DNA of 64,000 nt from Octopus vulgaris (GCA_951406725.2 OX597817.1:26784001-26848000); one strand, 5' to 3'. Shown: positions 12,163 through 24,435, counted from the stretch's first letter. Notes: generated by a model not told the origin, from the letters alone. Translations and numbers: made by a program.

Positions 12163-12460
12163 GTGAAGGCACATAGCTTAGTAGTTAGGCTATTTGGATT
12201 ATGATTGTAAGGTCGTGAGTTCAATTCCCAGCGATGCATTGTGCCCTTGGGCAAGACACACTTTATTGCACATTGCTCCAGTCCGCTCAGCTGGCAAAAA
12301 TGAGTAGTACTTATATTTCAAAGGGTCCAGCCTTGTCACACTCTGTGTCACACTGAATCTCCTTGAGAACTACATTAAGGGCAATGTATCTGTGGAGTGC
12401 TTAGTTACTTGCATGTTAATTTCACAAGCAGGCTGTTCCATTGATTGGATCAAGTGGAAC
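12163..12460 (+). mobile_element. SINE family C variant (CORE-like body, tail type 2)
   Basis: tRNA head, tgtgcccttgggcaagacac, gctccagtccgctcagctggc, then the same tail as 8797-9165. Confidence 0.8.
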
Positions 12461-12804
12461 GAAAAACAGAAAAAAGATGCCAGCTTATTACTTCGATAAC
12501 TACTCTATAATCACTCTTAATCACTTACTATTGACTGTATCTTTTCTGTTGAGGCTTCTCATTCCATTCATCATCAGCTTTATCAATGAGGAAGCTTTTT
12601 TCATGCAAATGACACCTTATCACCTTAAATATGGTAGCTAAAGAAAACATATTATATAGTAATGATAAATATTCTGTTGATATCAGTGATAAGTATTCTG
12701 TTATTCAGTAACTGAGCCACCTACTCATTAAATGAGCATATAAGTGGCTGAGCATTCCACAAATATATGTCTATGCATGATGTAATTCTCAAGACATATC
12801 ATAA

Positions 12805-13000
12805 GAAGAATCCATAAAAATTCTCGGATCACTACCAAAATTTGATCATTTGTTTCTTGTCTCATTACCAACTTTACCTGCAAATTTCATCAAATACCGT
12901 TCGCAACTGTTTGAGTTATTTTGCATATAGACGGACAGACAGACAGACGGACAAACCAACGCCGATGAAAACATAACCTCCTTCCTTGGTGGAGGCAATA
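12805..13000 (+). mobile_element. Helentron-associated (HINE/DINE-like) element end
   Basis: caaatttcatcaaa...tgagtta, (GACA)n microsatellite, terminal hairpin aacctcc..ttggtggagg followed by an A-rich end. Confidence 0.7.
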
Positions 13001-14491
13001 AAACAGCATGGGGGGGCAAGAATGAAACTTTGAATTAGGAGTACGATTCATTCACATTACATAAGGTATTCCTAGAAACCCCTGTTAAGGTATTCCTAGA
13101 AACCCCTGTAATGACAGCCTGGTCATAGTCGTAATGCCTTTGGTCATAGATCAACTCACTCAAAACTGACCTCAGGTTAAACAACCACAGCAACCTTATT
13201 AGCAGATATAACTATGAATTCTTACTTTATCATAGTTTATTACTCAGTATATAGTAGTGAATTATTGACTATTAAGATTCAGTTTTAATGAATTAGATCT
13301 TTCCAGAACTTGTCTGACATTTCATCTTAGTTCATCTGTCTGAACTCATGAAAGTTACATAATGATTTCCCAGTAGGTGCTATAATATCACGATCGCTGA
13401 CCTTTATTGAATACAGACTTTGCCAGGGTACCCCAACGTCTCTGATTTAAATTAATGACTGTGTTGCTGATGTTTATGGCCTCTGAGCTAAGCTTGAGAT
13501 TTTCAGATTTTGACATGTTTATCTTACATGTTAAGTTTATACTGTGACACTTATTGCTTCCCCAAACATAAGTTCAAAGTCTTACATTTAGTTAAAATTT
13601 CTTCCTAATTAGTGAAGCCAAATCTCCATTGTCAAGAATTTGCTACTGTTAAATTATTAATAATAATAATGATGATGATGATAATAATAATAATAATAAT
13701 AATTATAACAATAATAATAATTCTACTTCATGTCAAAAGTAATATAACAGCTGTGGTGTCTAACTGAAAATATGAAATTAAAAGTAGGCATCAGTGAATG
13801 AAATATAATTTTATGTAGGCCAAGAAAGTTTCCCAAGCAGACAACACATTGTACTGAATGTATATAAACATATTTATCAATATTGTGAATTTTCATGCTA
13901 ATAGATGCAGATATATGTCTGACATGGACCCAGTTGACTTAATTTCCGTGCAAATTGATAATCTGTTAAGGGAGTCTGATTTGTGATTTGTTCCAGACTA
14001 GATATATACTGCTTATAAAATCTTGGAATTTAGTGTCGCGTTTGGACAACTGAAGAGATAATCTAATGAAACGTAACCGCATTATTGTTAACATGGTATT
14101 AGACTAAATCCCGATAAATGTTTCTGGGATATTTGATAGAATAATTAGATTAAAATGTTGTACCAATAACAGAACTCTTCAATCCTGTGTTTATTGAAAC
14201 GAAAAATAAAGTAACCACAAGAAACAAGAAACAAATATGCTTAAAACCTTTCATTTTCCACTCAAACCATATAATATATATGCCATAGAACCTGCAATGT
14301 ACTTGCTCTGAGAAGTAGGGTTTGACTCCCTAGTAGATGTTAGCCGCGAGGATTTAATATCCAGATTAAATCGTGCCATTTCACTTGATCCTAGTAATTA
14401 CCCCCACTGATTGAAACATCTGTCAGGGGAATTACAACAGTGCTTCATGGTCTGCTACCACAACAGCTCCTTTATAGGATCCAGTTAGCTC

Positions 14492-14554
14492 AAGACATCA
14501 TCAGGAGGAACCACGTCCGGTTTCGGCCCCATCTCCTCTACCGTTTTGACGTGG
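14492..14554 (-). ncRNA. Candidate non-circularly permuted hammerhead ribozyme
   Basis: Minus strand reads ccacgtc-aaaa-cgGUA-gaggag-atggggcc-GAAA-ccg-gacgtgg-ttcctc-CUGAUGA-tgtctt; all core nucleotides are present and stems I, II and III pair. Confidence 0.65.
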
Positions 14555-14692
14555 CGGGGCCCCACCTTTTGGAGGTGTCTTCAGCTCTGGTGTTGGGTGC
14601 ATGTCTTCTTTCTTCTGTTCCCTGGCCTCTTCAATGTTGCGTCAGCGAGTGTCAGCCGGTGACTGACTGACTTGTCAAATTTTTCCCTTTAA

Positions 14693-14913
14693 CCCTTTAG
14701 TATTCAGATTACACTGTTAAATGTAATATATTTTTTATTCAAATTGCTTTTAATTAATCATGCATTATCTTATAGCTTTGAGGTTTCAACTATGTGATTG
14801 TTTATTTTCAGAATGGCATTGTAGGTTAGGTGTGAAAGGCTAGATATGGCCAGTTTGAATATAAAACATATAGAATATTTGGGCCAGATATGGCCGGTTT
14901 AAACACTAAAGGG
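14693..14913. mobile_element. piggyBac-type MITE
   Basis: TTAA|ccctttag ... ctaaaggg|TTAA; second copy at 25098-25963. Confidence 0.88.
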
Positions 14914-14945
14914 TTAAATAAGGGATGGGCAGAATTGGAACAGCA

Positions 14946-14972
14946 TCACACATACACACTCACACACACACA

Positions 14973-15013
<41 letters not shown>

Positions 15014-15024
15014 CACACACACAC
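14946..15024. repeat. (CA)n microsatellite
   Basis: Direct inspection. Confidence 0.95.
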
Positions 15025-16020
15025 AATCCTTTATAACTTGAGCTTAAATCCCTCCGAGGTCAAATTTGCCTTTAATTCTTATAGAAATCAATAAAATATA
15101 GCAACAGGAAAGCATTGGGTGTTGATGCAATATTCTCTATAAAGCATCCCAGGTATGAATGCAATTATAAAACCAGATCTAGGTGCTCTTACCTCTATGG
15201 TTGTTGTTGTTTTATATTGTCCTCTCATTTTGTGTTTTATTCTCATTTTGTGTACTGCAGATGTACTTTGAATATCATTGCTATCTTTCTTTACTTGAAA
15301 TATTTGATATTTTTCCTGCCCCTCTTACTTTTTTTCAATGGGTTATAATCCAACTGAGCAATGTATATAATAAGGTCATTATTAGTTTACTAAGAAGAAG
15401 ACCCTTTTCACTCACAAAATCTGTTATTATTCCATGAAATAAATATGTCATGAGTATAATCAGAGGGCCTGTTTTTGGCAACATGACTACTTCCCCTTAT
15501 TGTTTTCAGAATACTCACAATAATACATATAAGAAACAATAACACAATAATATATAAGAAAAGTATTCTCACCAATATTCAAATATTCATGTTCAAAGGA
15601 ATCCCTCTCTTTGAAGTTATATTGTGAAGAAAGAAATCATATAAAGTACTGTATATGAACAAGTAAACAAAACAATACAAACTATAGTATGTCGAATTAC
15701 ATGGGATTAATTTAGATTCGTGGTAAATACTTATATTCAGTAGGAAACAATAATTTTTTTTTTTCCCTCCTTAATTCTGAAGAAACCGGATGGGAAAGGA
15801 ACAAAACAACAAATAAATCAGTGTGCAAATTCTGACAATGGTGTTATATATATATGTGTGCATGTAATGACAGAGGTGATCTTTTAAACAGTAATGTATC
15901 AGTTTCTGATGAAAGATTGTCATGCAAGTGAAGGAAACTTTCTCTCAGCAGGAAACAAAGTGCTCGCCTTTTGTACTGCGTCTGCACGCAGCTATGCTCC
16001 TTTGAACATATTTAGGTATT

Positions 16021-16033
16021 TGCGTGTGCGTGT

Positions 16034-16066
<33 letters not shown>

Positions 16067-16180
16067 AGTGTGAGTGTGCGTATTTGTGTGCATGTGTGTA
16101 CTTATATTTCAGCTATATGTATTTGTGTGGCTATATGACGTGCCTACATAAGTGTTCATACATATATATATATGCATATA

Positions 16181-16223
<43 letters not shown>

Positions 16224-16260
16224 GTATGTATGTATGTATATATATATATATGTGGGTGTG

Positions 16261-16292
<32 letters not shown>

Positions 16293-16484
16293 TATATATG
16301 CATATATATATAGGTATATATGTATGTGTATGTATATATATATATATATATATATATACATACATACATATATACACATATATGTATATATATGTATATA
16401 CATATATATACACACATATCTATATATTTACATATATATACACATATATCACATACACACACACACACATATATATACATATAT
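16021..16484. repeat. Compound (TG)/(TA)/(CA) microsatellite
   Basis: Direct inspection; source of the YI-repeat ORFs. Confidence 0.95.
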
Positions 16485-16994
16485 CAGGTCACTCTTCAGT
16501 GCTACTGGTAGCATGTAACCTAGTACAACCTGTTGCACGGTCACGTCATCAGCAACTAAACTGGTAACCCCACCAAGCTTGCTTGGTGAGGAGGGTGATT
16601 GCTGGACACCCTGCAGGATGAAAAATAAGACCTGGCGAAGGGCAGAAGAGCTCACGTGTAGTCAATGGCCATCCAACATCCAACATTATGTGCACATAGG
16701 TGTATATATATATGTATGTATGTGTATGTGTGTATATATTTATATATATTTTTATATATCTTTTTATATTTTTTATATCGTTTTCTTTTTTATATATCTT
16801 TATATATTTATATATATCTTTTTAATTTCATTTATATTCTTAATTTTGAATTGATTTATTTATCTATATTTTTATATATTTTTAAAAAAGAAAAGCATTT
16901 TGAAATTGGAAAAATTTCAAAATTTTTATCTTTATTTTTTTTTTAATGTGTACATGTGTATATAATTTTTCTGCATGTGTGTGTGTTGGGGAAG

Positions 16995-18935
16995 ATGAGG
17001 CTCATTAGTCATGGTGAACACAACTCTTCTCGGAGAAGGACACTCTGATATAAAACTAGGTCATGGTAATGACAGTCCCTTTATTGGCTGCATTATGAAA
17101 GGCATGACTGTTGACGGGGGTAGACTGGGCTTGTGTTTTGAAATGAAGCTGTGATTAGGACAACCAGTATAAGAGAATAAAACTCTGAATTCAAACTGAC
17201 TTACCACTGCTAGCTAGCAGTCTCCTTTTGAGGAAGAGCCTAGGAGAAGGTACTCCAATATAAAACCTACTGTCAACTTAGTACTAATTTTCTTTTTGCT
17301 TGTCACTGGAATCTACTATTTTGACCTTAGAGTGGCAAAAGTTTTGTACAAGCTTTTGTCACAGAAATCCAATGAAGTACAAGATGTTCCTGACAAAACA
17401 CCATCATCATACAATCATCCCTTTTCAAAAGTCCTATGGTGATAGAGGCATGACGACGTATGCAGACTTTACCAGTTCGAAGCATACGGTCACAAATCTG
17501 CACATAAAGCAGCAGGGTTATTATCTTAACATTGCTAACATGTTTTCATGAACAGGAACTGTTTTTGGTGGAGAGTCCTGTGTCTGAGCAGCCTTTTTAA
17601 GGAAAACACTGCTCACCTGGATATAATGGGAAGGTGCTAGAAGAGGTGCACTAAAAATTGCCTGTTCTTTCTCTGCTGGTTAGTTTACTGCAGCTAACGG
17701 TGGTTCAGTTTAGCAGGAATGAATAAAGAATTGATATAAACAATGATAACAAGTTTGCAAGGAATAAGGTTTCTCTTAACCTAGCCTGTTGGAATGTGAG
17801 AACCCTTTTAGATTGAGCAAATGGGCCTGAAAGAAGAACAGCTCTAAAAACTAAGGAGCTAAGGTGTCTTGATGTTGAAATTGCAGCTCTTTCTGAAACA
17901 AGATGTTCGGATGAAGATCATCTTGTCAAAAAAGCAGCAGGTTTCACATTATTTTGGGTTGGGAAGCTAAAGGGAGAGAGAAGGGAAGGTGGTGTTGGGT
18001 TTGCAATTAAAAGTGATTTACTGAAAGACTTAGAACAACCACAAAGCATAAATAAACGCATAGTGAAACTTTGGATCCCTCTTTCTTGTAGCCTTTTTGT
18101 AACTGTTTTCTCTCTTTATACTCCTTCACTTTCAACTAATGAGGAAAATATCCATGCATTTTATGAGGAGCCTAGAAGGAATATTTTGTTAGGCCCTTTG
18201 AATGAGAAGTTGGTTGTGCCTGGTGACTTTAATGTATGTGTTGGTAGAGACTATGGTTCTTGGAATGTACTTGGGCATTATGGAATAGGAAAGGTGAACA
18301 ACAATGGGTTGCATCTGCTACAAATGTACTCTGACTTTGGGTTGGTTGTTGGGAATACTTTCTTTCATCATTAGATGAAGCATAAAATTACCTGGATTTA
18401 CCCAAGATCAAAGCAAGGTCATGTATCAACTCGGAAAGTTAACTACAAGATTTGTGCAGTCTCAGAATATTGCAAGGTGCTGATTGTGATACTGTTCACA
18501 AAATGGCATTGGGCCAAGTTCAAGTTCAGGGTCTGCAAGAAAATTCGTAGTGCAGGTGTACGAATACCAAAGAAAATTGATGTAAACAGCTGCAAATTTT
18601 GTAGTTATTTCAAAAGAGATGCAGCAATGTTCCTTTTGAAGATTCATGGCAATCCTTCTGGGATGGAATATATAAAATGGGATCAGAGGTGTTATATTTT
18701 AAGAGGAGACAGCACTGAGACTGGTTTTATTCCAATGATACAGTGATAAATGAGCTTTTAGCAACAAAGAGATCCACTCATGAAAAGCTTCTTGACCCAA
18801 ATATTAAGAACAAAGTGCATCTAGAAAAGTTGTACAAGTCTCAGAAATCAAACTGGCTAAAAGAACTCAGGAAACTTAAAGACACTTGGTGGAGAAATTT
18901 GTGTGAGGAAGTACAGGTAGTCGATGGATAAGAAA
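16995..18935 (+). mobile_element. RTE-clade (BovB-like) LINE 5' part: probable 5' UTR plus decayed APE endonuclease, 3'-truncated
   Basis: From about 17772: LNLACWNVRTLLD*..PERRTAL..ELR.LDVEIAALSETR...GGVGFAIK...GDFN.CVGRD...NNNGLHLL...GNTFF...TW.YPRSK. Confidence 0.9.
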
Positions 18936-18943
18936 GCCTGGAA

Positions 18944-19225
18944 ATGAAAAATTGTGGAAATTGAAAATGCCTGAGGACTAAAATGTTGCTATATTTGATT
19001 ACTAGAAAAATGCTAAATTTTTGCTGAGGTCAATCAATAGCATTTATATTCTAAACTCTGAAAATGAGGGATTTTTGTAAAGTTTTTACAATAGCAGAAT
19101 TTGATGGGGTTGAGGGAGTAAATTCCTTTAACTGATCTAAGCGAAAATTTAGCATTTTCCTATTAATAATATATAGCAAGATTTTAGGCCTCAAGTGTTT
19201 TCATTTTTTGCAATTTTTTATTTTC
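18944..19225. mobile_element. Foldback/MITE unit 1 (about 100-bp inverted arms)
   Basis: gaaaatgcctgaggactaaaatgttgctata...aaatgctaaattttt versus aaaatttagcattttcc...tagcaagattttaggcctcaagtgttttc. Confidence 0.75.
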
Positions 19226-19290
19226 ACAACAACCTAGTTTACAGAATCTATATACATGCACACACATACATGCGTATTAAGGTGGAGAGA

Positions 19291-19586
19291 AAATAAAAAA
19301 TTGAAGAAATTGAAAATACCTGAGGCCTAAAATCTTGTTATTTATGATTACCAGAAAAATACAAAATTTTTGCGTAGGTCAATCAAGAGCATTTACTCCC
19401 TCATACCCTCCTTCCAAACTCTGCCATTGTAAAAAATTTACAGAAATCTCCCATTTTCAGTTTAGGGGGCTTGAGGGAGTAAATACTCTCATTTGATATC
19501 AGCAAAAATTTAGCATTTTTCTCGTAATTAAACATAGCAACATTTGAGCTCTCAGGTATTTTCAATTTCTACCATTTTTTAATTTT
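19291..19586. mobile_element. Foldback/MITE unit 2, same family, opposite orientation
   Basis: Same arms; spacer is the reverse complement of the unit 1 spacer. Confidence 0.75.
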
Positions 19587-19891
19587 ATGTGAGGAAGAAC
19601 AGGTAGTCTATAGATAAGAAATGATATTCTAGATGCATGTATGCATGCATCTTTTATCTTTTACTTGTTTCAGTCATTCGATTGTGGTCATACCAGGGCA
19701 CTGCCTTGAAGGGTTCAAATCAAACAAATCGACCCCAGGACTTGTTTTTTCCAAGCCTGGTATTTATCCTTTCATTCTTTTATACTGAATCACTAAGTTA
19801 CAGGGATATAAACACAGGAACATCGGTTTTGAAACAGCAGTGGGAGATAAACACAGACACAATGACATTTACAATTAAATATATGCATATA

Positions 19892-21064
19892 CTGTAAAAA
19901 CCCATGTAATTTGCACCCCTGTGTAATTTACACAGGTGATTTTGAGGATAAAAACTGTTAAAAAAAGGCTTCTACTCATGTAAAATTTGCATACAAAAGT
20001 TTTCAGAATTACTAATATGGCCAAGGGGAAAATGTTCACAATTTAGTTGTATTCAGCATAATTTCACTTACTTATGATCAGATTTTATTAAATTTTCATT
20101 AAATAAAAATATTTTCTGTTTAACAGGTATCACATTAAAAGCTATTAAATTACAAAGTGTTTGTGTTGTATATAATAAACTTTATTTTACATTTCTTGCC
20201 CACAAGAGATTATGTCCAATCTTTAGCATACCGGTGTATGTCTTCTCAAATCACAATCACAGGAAATGTTGTTGATAAGAATTATCAGCAAAAACAAAGC
20301 TGATAAATATGCACAGGTGTTGTAAATTAAGTTTAATTACCAATAAACATCAGCTTGGAAGACACGTTACTCAACCGAGTAAAATATGGCCCGGGCTATG
20401 ATTACCAACATGAACATCAGACCTCAAAAAGTAGTTAACCATTTAATGGATTTAACAAATTTATATAGCATAAATAAAAGTCAACTTCCTTATATTTAAG
20501 CCGTTATTTTACTGTAAAAACCTATTCTGACATTAAATGTATCAACTTCCGGTACAAATACTCTATTACTCTTTTACTTGTTTCAGTCATTTGACTGTGG
20601 CCATGCTGGAGCACCGCCTTTAGTCGAGCAAATCGACCCCGGGACTTATTCTTTGTAAGCCCAGTACTTATTCTATCGGTCTCTTATGCCGAACCGCTAA
20701 GTGACGGGGATGTAAACACACCAGCATCGGTTGTCAAGCAATGCTAGGGGGACAAACACACACATACACACATATATACATATATACGACAGGCTTCTTT
20801 CAGTTTCCGTCTACCAAATCCACTCACAAGGCATTGGTCGGCCCGGGGCTATAGCAGAAGACACTTGCCCAAGATGCCACGCAGTGGGACTGAACCCGGA
20901 ACCATGTGGTTGGTTAGCAAGCTACTTACCACACAGCCACTCCTGCGCCTATGTTTACATTTTGTGTGCTTGTTTTTCAACAAAAGAAATTTCTAAATTT
21001 ACACACCTCTAAGATTTATTTTTATTTTTGCAGAAAAAATGCGTAAATTATATGGGTTTTATAG
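19892..21064. mobile_element. Non-autonomous pogo/Tc2-like DNA transposon
   Basis: TA|ctgtaaaaacccatgtaattt ... aaattatatgggttttatag|TA imperfect TIRs. Confidence 0.75.
20559..20949 (-). mobile_element. Young SINE family A inside the DNA transposon
   Basis: Full length, most CpGs retained. Confidence 0.93.
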
Positions 21065-21608
21065 TAAACAATGGGTTTCTATCAATTTCTGTCTAACAAA
21101 TCCACTTACAAGGTGTAACATGGTGGGACTGAACCTGGAACCATGTGGTTGGGAAGCAAGTTTCTTACCACACAGCAATGCCTGCACCTGTATGTATGTA
21201 TGTATGTATGTATATTTATGTCATTATCATCATTTAATGCCTACTTTCCATGCTCTTATGAAAGGACTGTTTGGCAGGGAACCAGCAGGCTGCAGAACTT
21301 GGTTGGGCCCCACTGTCATCTTTGGCATGGTATCTACTGCTAGATGCCCTTTCTAACATCTCCCTCTTTATAGAGTGTGCTAGGTGCACTTTTCTTGCCA
21401 CTGGCATAAAATTGAGGTTGCCATGCAATTGCAGGTCAGAAAAGAACAGGGAAAAGGAAAAGGAAAAGGAAGAAACCCCCAACTAAGAGGAAGTATTTGG
21501 GAGGAGAAGGTAGAGGTGGATGGCTGAATCCCAGGTGTTGAAAGACTAAAGAATAAGAGGAGAACAAGCTCAGGTGCCTTACTAAAGAGGAAATATATGG
21601 TTGAAAAC

Positions 21609-21837
21609 GGTGAGCTGGCAGAACCGTTAGCACGCCAGACGAAATGCGTAGCCGTATTTCGTCTGCCAGTATGTTCTGAGTTCAAATTCCACCGAGGTCA
21701 AATTTGCCTTTCATCCTTTCGGGGTCGATAAATAAAGTACCAGTTACGCACTGGGGTCGATGTAATCGACTTAATCCCTTTGTCTGTCCTTGTTTGTCCC
21801 CTCTGTGTTTAGCCCCTTGTGGGTAATAAAGAAATAG
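21609..21837 (+). mobile_element. SINE family B
   Basis: gagctggcagaa..gttagcacgcc...ttctgagttcaaattcc...gcctttcatcctttcggggtcgataaa; 14-bp TSD atatggttgaaaac at 21595-21608 and 21838-21851. Confidence 0.92.
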
Positions 21838-22104
21838 ATATGGTTGAAAACAATATGAGGAAGGTAGTGATGGAGTGTTAGAATAAAATGTCAAGGAGCA
21901 AGACATGAGTACAAGAGATGACATGAACAGTGCAGTGAGTGATGAACATAGGGTGGTGGTGCAGATGATGGGAAATACCAGAATGGAGGTGGGTAAAGTG
22001 AGGTGTGTAGGAGTCAATCTGGAAAGAGAATAGAACAGAAAGTAGTAGAGTGATATTGGAGCTGTAGAGAGAGGAACGTAATATATTGTATATGTATGCA
22101 TTCT

Positions 22105-23562
22105 TATTCCTTTCTTTTATTCTGTTACTTGTTTCAGTCATTTGACTGCAGCCATGCTGGAGCACCATCTTTAGTCAAACAAATCGTCCTCAGGACCTAA
22201 TCTTTGTAAGCCTGGCACTTATTCTATTGGTTTCTTTTGCTGAACTGCTACGTAAATGTAAACACACCAACATTGGTGTCAAACGATGATGGGGGGACAA
22301 ACACAGACACACACACATATATATATATATATCTTTCGTTCAGCTTAACAGCCCTTAACGTTCGTATTACTGTTGTTCTTCTTGTCCTGTCATTTACTGT
22401 TTTTATTTTTATTTGTATTTTTACTGTCTTGTATTGTTTTTACTGTCCTGTTTTTGTTACCACTTTTACCCCTCCACAAAAAATCTCAAGTTATTTGCTG
22501 GAAGGACCGTTTCATCGATGTCATGTCTCGCCTTTACCTTCGAAACGCAGAGTAGACGAAATGGAGGCGGCTGAAGAAGGGAAATTTTCCTTGTGTCGTA
22601 TGTCTTGTACCCTGATTTTTCGTTGTTTAAAAAAAATGTCCGTTTCCATGGTTCTGTTTTTATGTTTTCGTATCTCATCGTGTTCGACGATTTTTTGGTG
22701 TCCTGTACCTATATATGCATGTATATATACATGTAGATGTAGGTACGTACATATATGTATGTATATATGCATATGTTTAATTTATTATTTTGTTATTATA
22801 TGACGAAACGCCACGCATCCTCTTCCAAGTAAGTTTTATCTTAATAATTATGACGCGCACTCTTAACCTTACTGTCTCTATATTTCTAACCTTACTGTCC
22901 CCCTCTCGCTCATTCTTCATTCTTTCTGGTTTTCTCTACCATTCTCTCCCTTTCACCGTTCCTTTTCTCTTACTCTTCCTCCTCCTCCTTCTCGTCGCTG
23001 ACATGTGACCAGAGTCCTGTCTTTCTGACCACATCCTTCAACAAATGTAGACGGCATCCTATTCCTTTCTTATGCCGTTGTTCTCACGCGTTCAAAATAT
23101 CTCTTTCGTTCGGCTTAACAGCCCTTAACGTTCGTATTACTATTGTTCTACTTGTCCTGTCGTTTACTGTTTTTATTTTTATTTGTATTTTTACTGTCTT
23201 GTATTGTTTTTACTGTCCTGTTTTTGTTACCACTTTTACCCCTCCGCAAAAAATCTCAAATTATTTGGGGGTAGGACCGTTTCATCGATGTCGTGTCTCG
23301 CCTTTACCTTCGGAACGCGGAGTAGACGAAACGGAGGCGGCTGTAGAAGGGGAATTTTCCTTCTGTCGTATGTCTTGTACCCTGTTTTTTCGTTGTTTAA
23401 AAAAAATATCCGTTTCCATGGTTCTGTTTTTATGTTTTCGTTTCTCATTGTGTTTGACGTTTTTTGGTGTCCTGTACCTATATATGTATGTATATATACA
23501 TATAGATGTAGGTACGTACATATATGTATGTATATATGCATATGTTTTATTTATTATTTTGT

Positions 23563-23593
<31 letters not shown>

Positions 23594-23750
23594 ATGTAAA
23601 TATATATACAACAGGCTTCTTTCAGTTTCCGTCTACCGAATCCACTCACAAGGCTTTCAGTCAGCTTGAGGCTATAGTAGAAGACATGCAGTGGGACTGA
23701 ACCTGGAACCATATGGTTGGGGAGCAAGGTTCTTACCACACAGCCACTCC
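22105..23750 (-). mobile_element. SINE family A split by an insertion in its (TA)n
   Basis: 3' half to about 22330, 5' half from about 23605. Confidence 0.85.
22332..23565 (+). mobile_element. Element with two about 465-bp direct repeats (period 770 bp), pLTR/retrozyme-like
   Basis: 22332-22796 and 23102-23565 are highly similar; TA-rich flanks; no credible ORF. Confidence 0.8.
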
Positions 23751-24435
23751 TTTTAAATTTGTTTATGGGAAACATTTTTAAGTGCTTATGTATTCAAGTA
23801 TCTCTATATGTATGTGCATGTATGTTGAGGTATGCTAGCATCTACATAGGTATTTATATCCAATTTTGTATGGTTGTACTAACAACCATATCTATATATG
23901 TTTATGTACATGCGTGTGTATATGCATGTGTGTTTGTGTGTGTGTGTGAATGTGTTTTTAAGTATAAGTGTGTGAAGGGTTTGTGAAGATAGGAATGGTA
24001 ATTGTGTGAAGCAGCATGCAGTTTGGAAAATGTGTTGTCTTTTTTTTTTTTATGCAAATGTCATCTTACAACAGTTGAACTATTGAAATATTAACAAGTA
24101 GAAAACATCAAAATGTCAGGAAAAGGCAAATGTACAAATACACATTGATGCATCAACAACAACAACAACAACACACATACACACACGCACACACACATAA
24201 ACATACACACATGCATTTGTACAGCAAGCTACTTTCACAACAATAACTACTTTCACATATAAGGTTTCAGAATTACTTGGGTTACCGAGTACTTAAAAAT
24301 CATCAAGGAATTTTTTTGCTCTTTTGTATGAGAGTAGAAAGGCATGTTGAGCTTTAAGTAGTGTTTAATAGACCCTTGATTCTGTCAGTGAAGAGCAAAT
24401 ACCTTAAAATTTCCACCTTCTTATCTTCTTCATTG

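Larger units (their letters stand above)
19655..21188 (-). mobile_element. Older SINE family A split by a DNA transposon
   Basis: 3' half at 19655-19889, 5' half at 21067-21188. Confidence 0.8.

Noticed and set aside
13950-14380. Penelope-like ORF N-terminus downstream of the 14.5-kb ribozyme candidate (LDYL..C...IPRF on the minus strand)
   Set aside because: Needs several frameshifts; too weak to call without a translated search.
16024-16567. Tyr-Ile repeat ORFs (also at 5.5, 34 and 50 kb)
   Set aside because: (TA)n has no stop codons; artefacts.
22237-23669. 188-aa and 156-aa ORFs in the direct repeats
   Set aside because: Low-complexity T-rich translations that run across SINE/insert junctions, with no recognisable domain.
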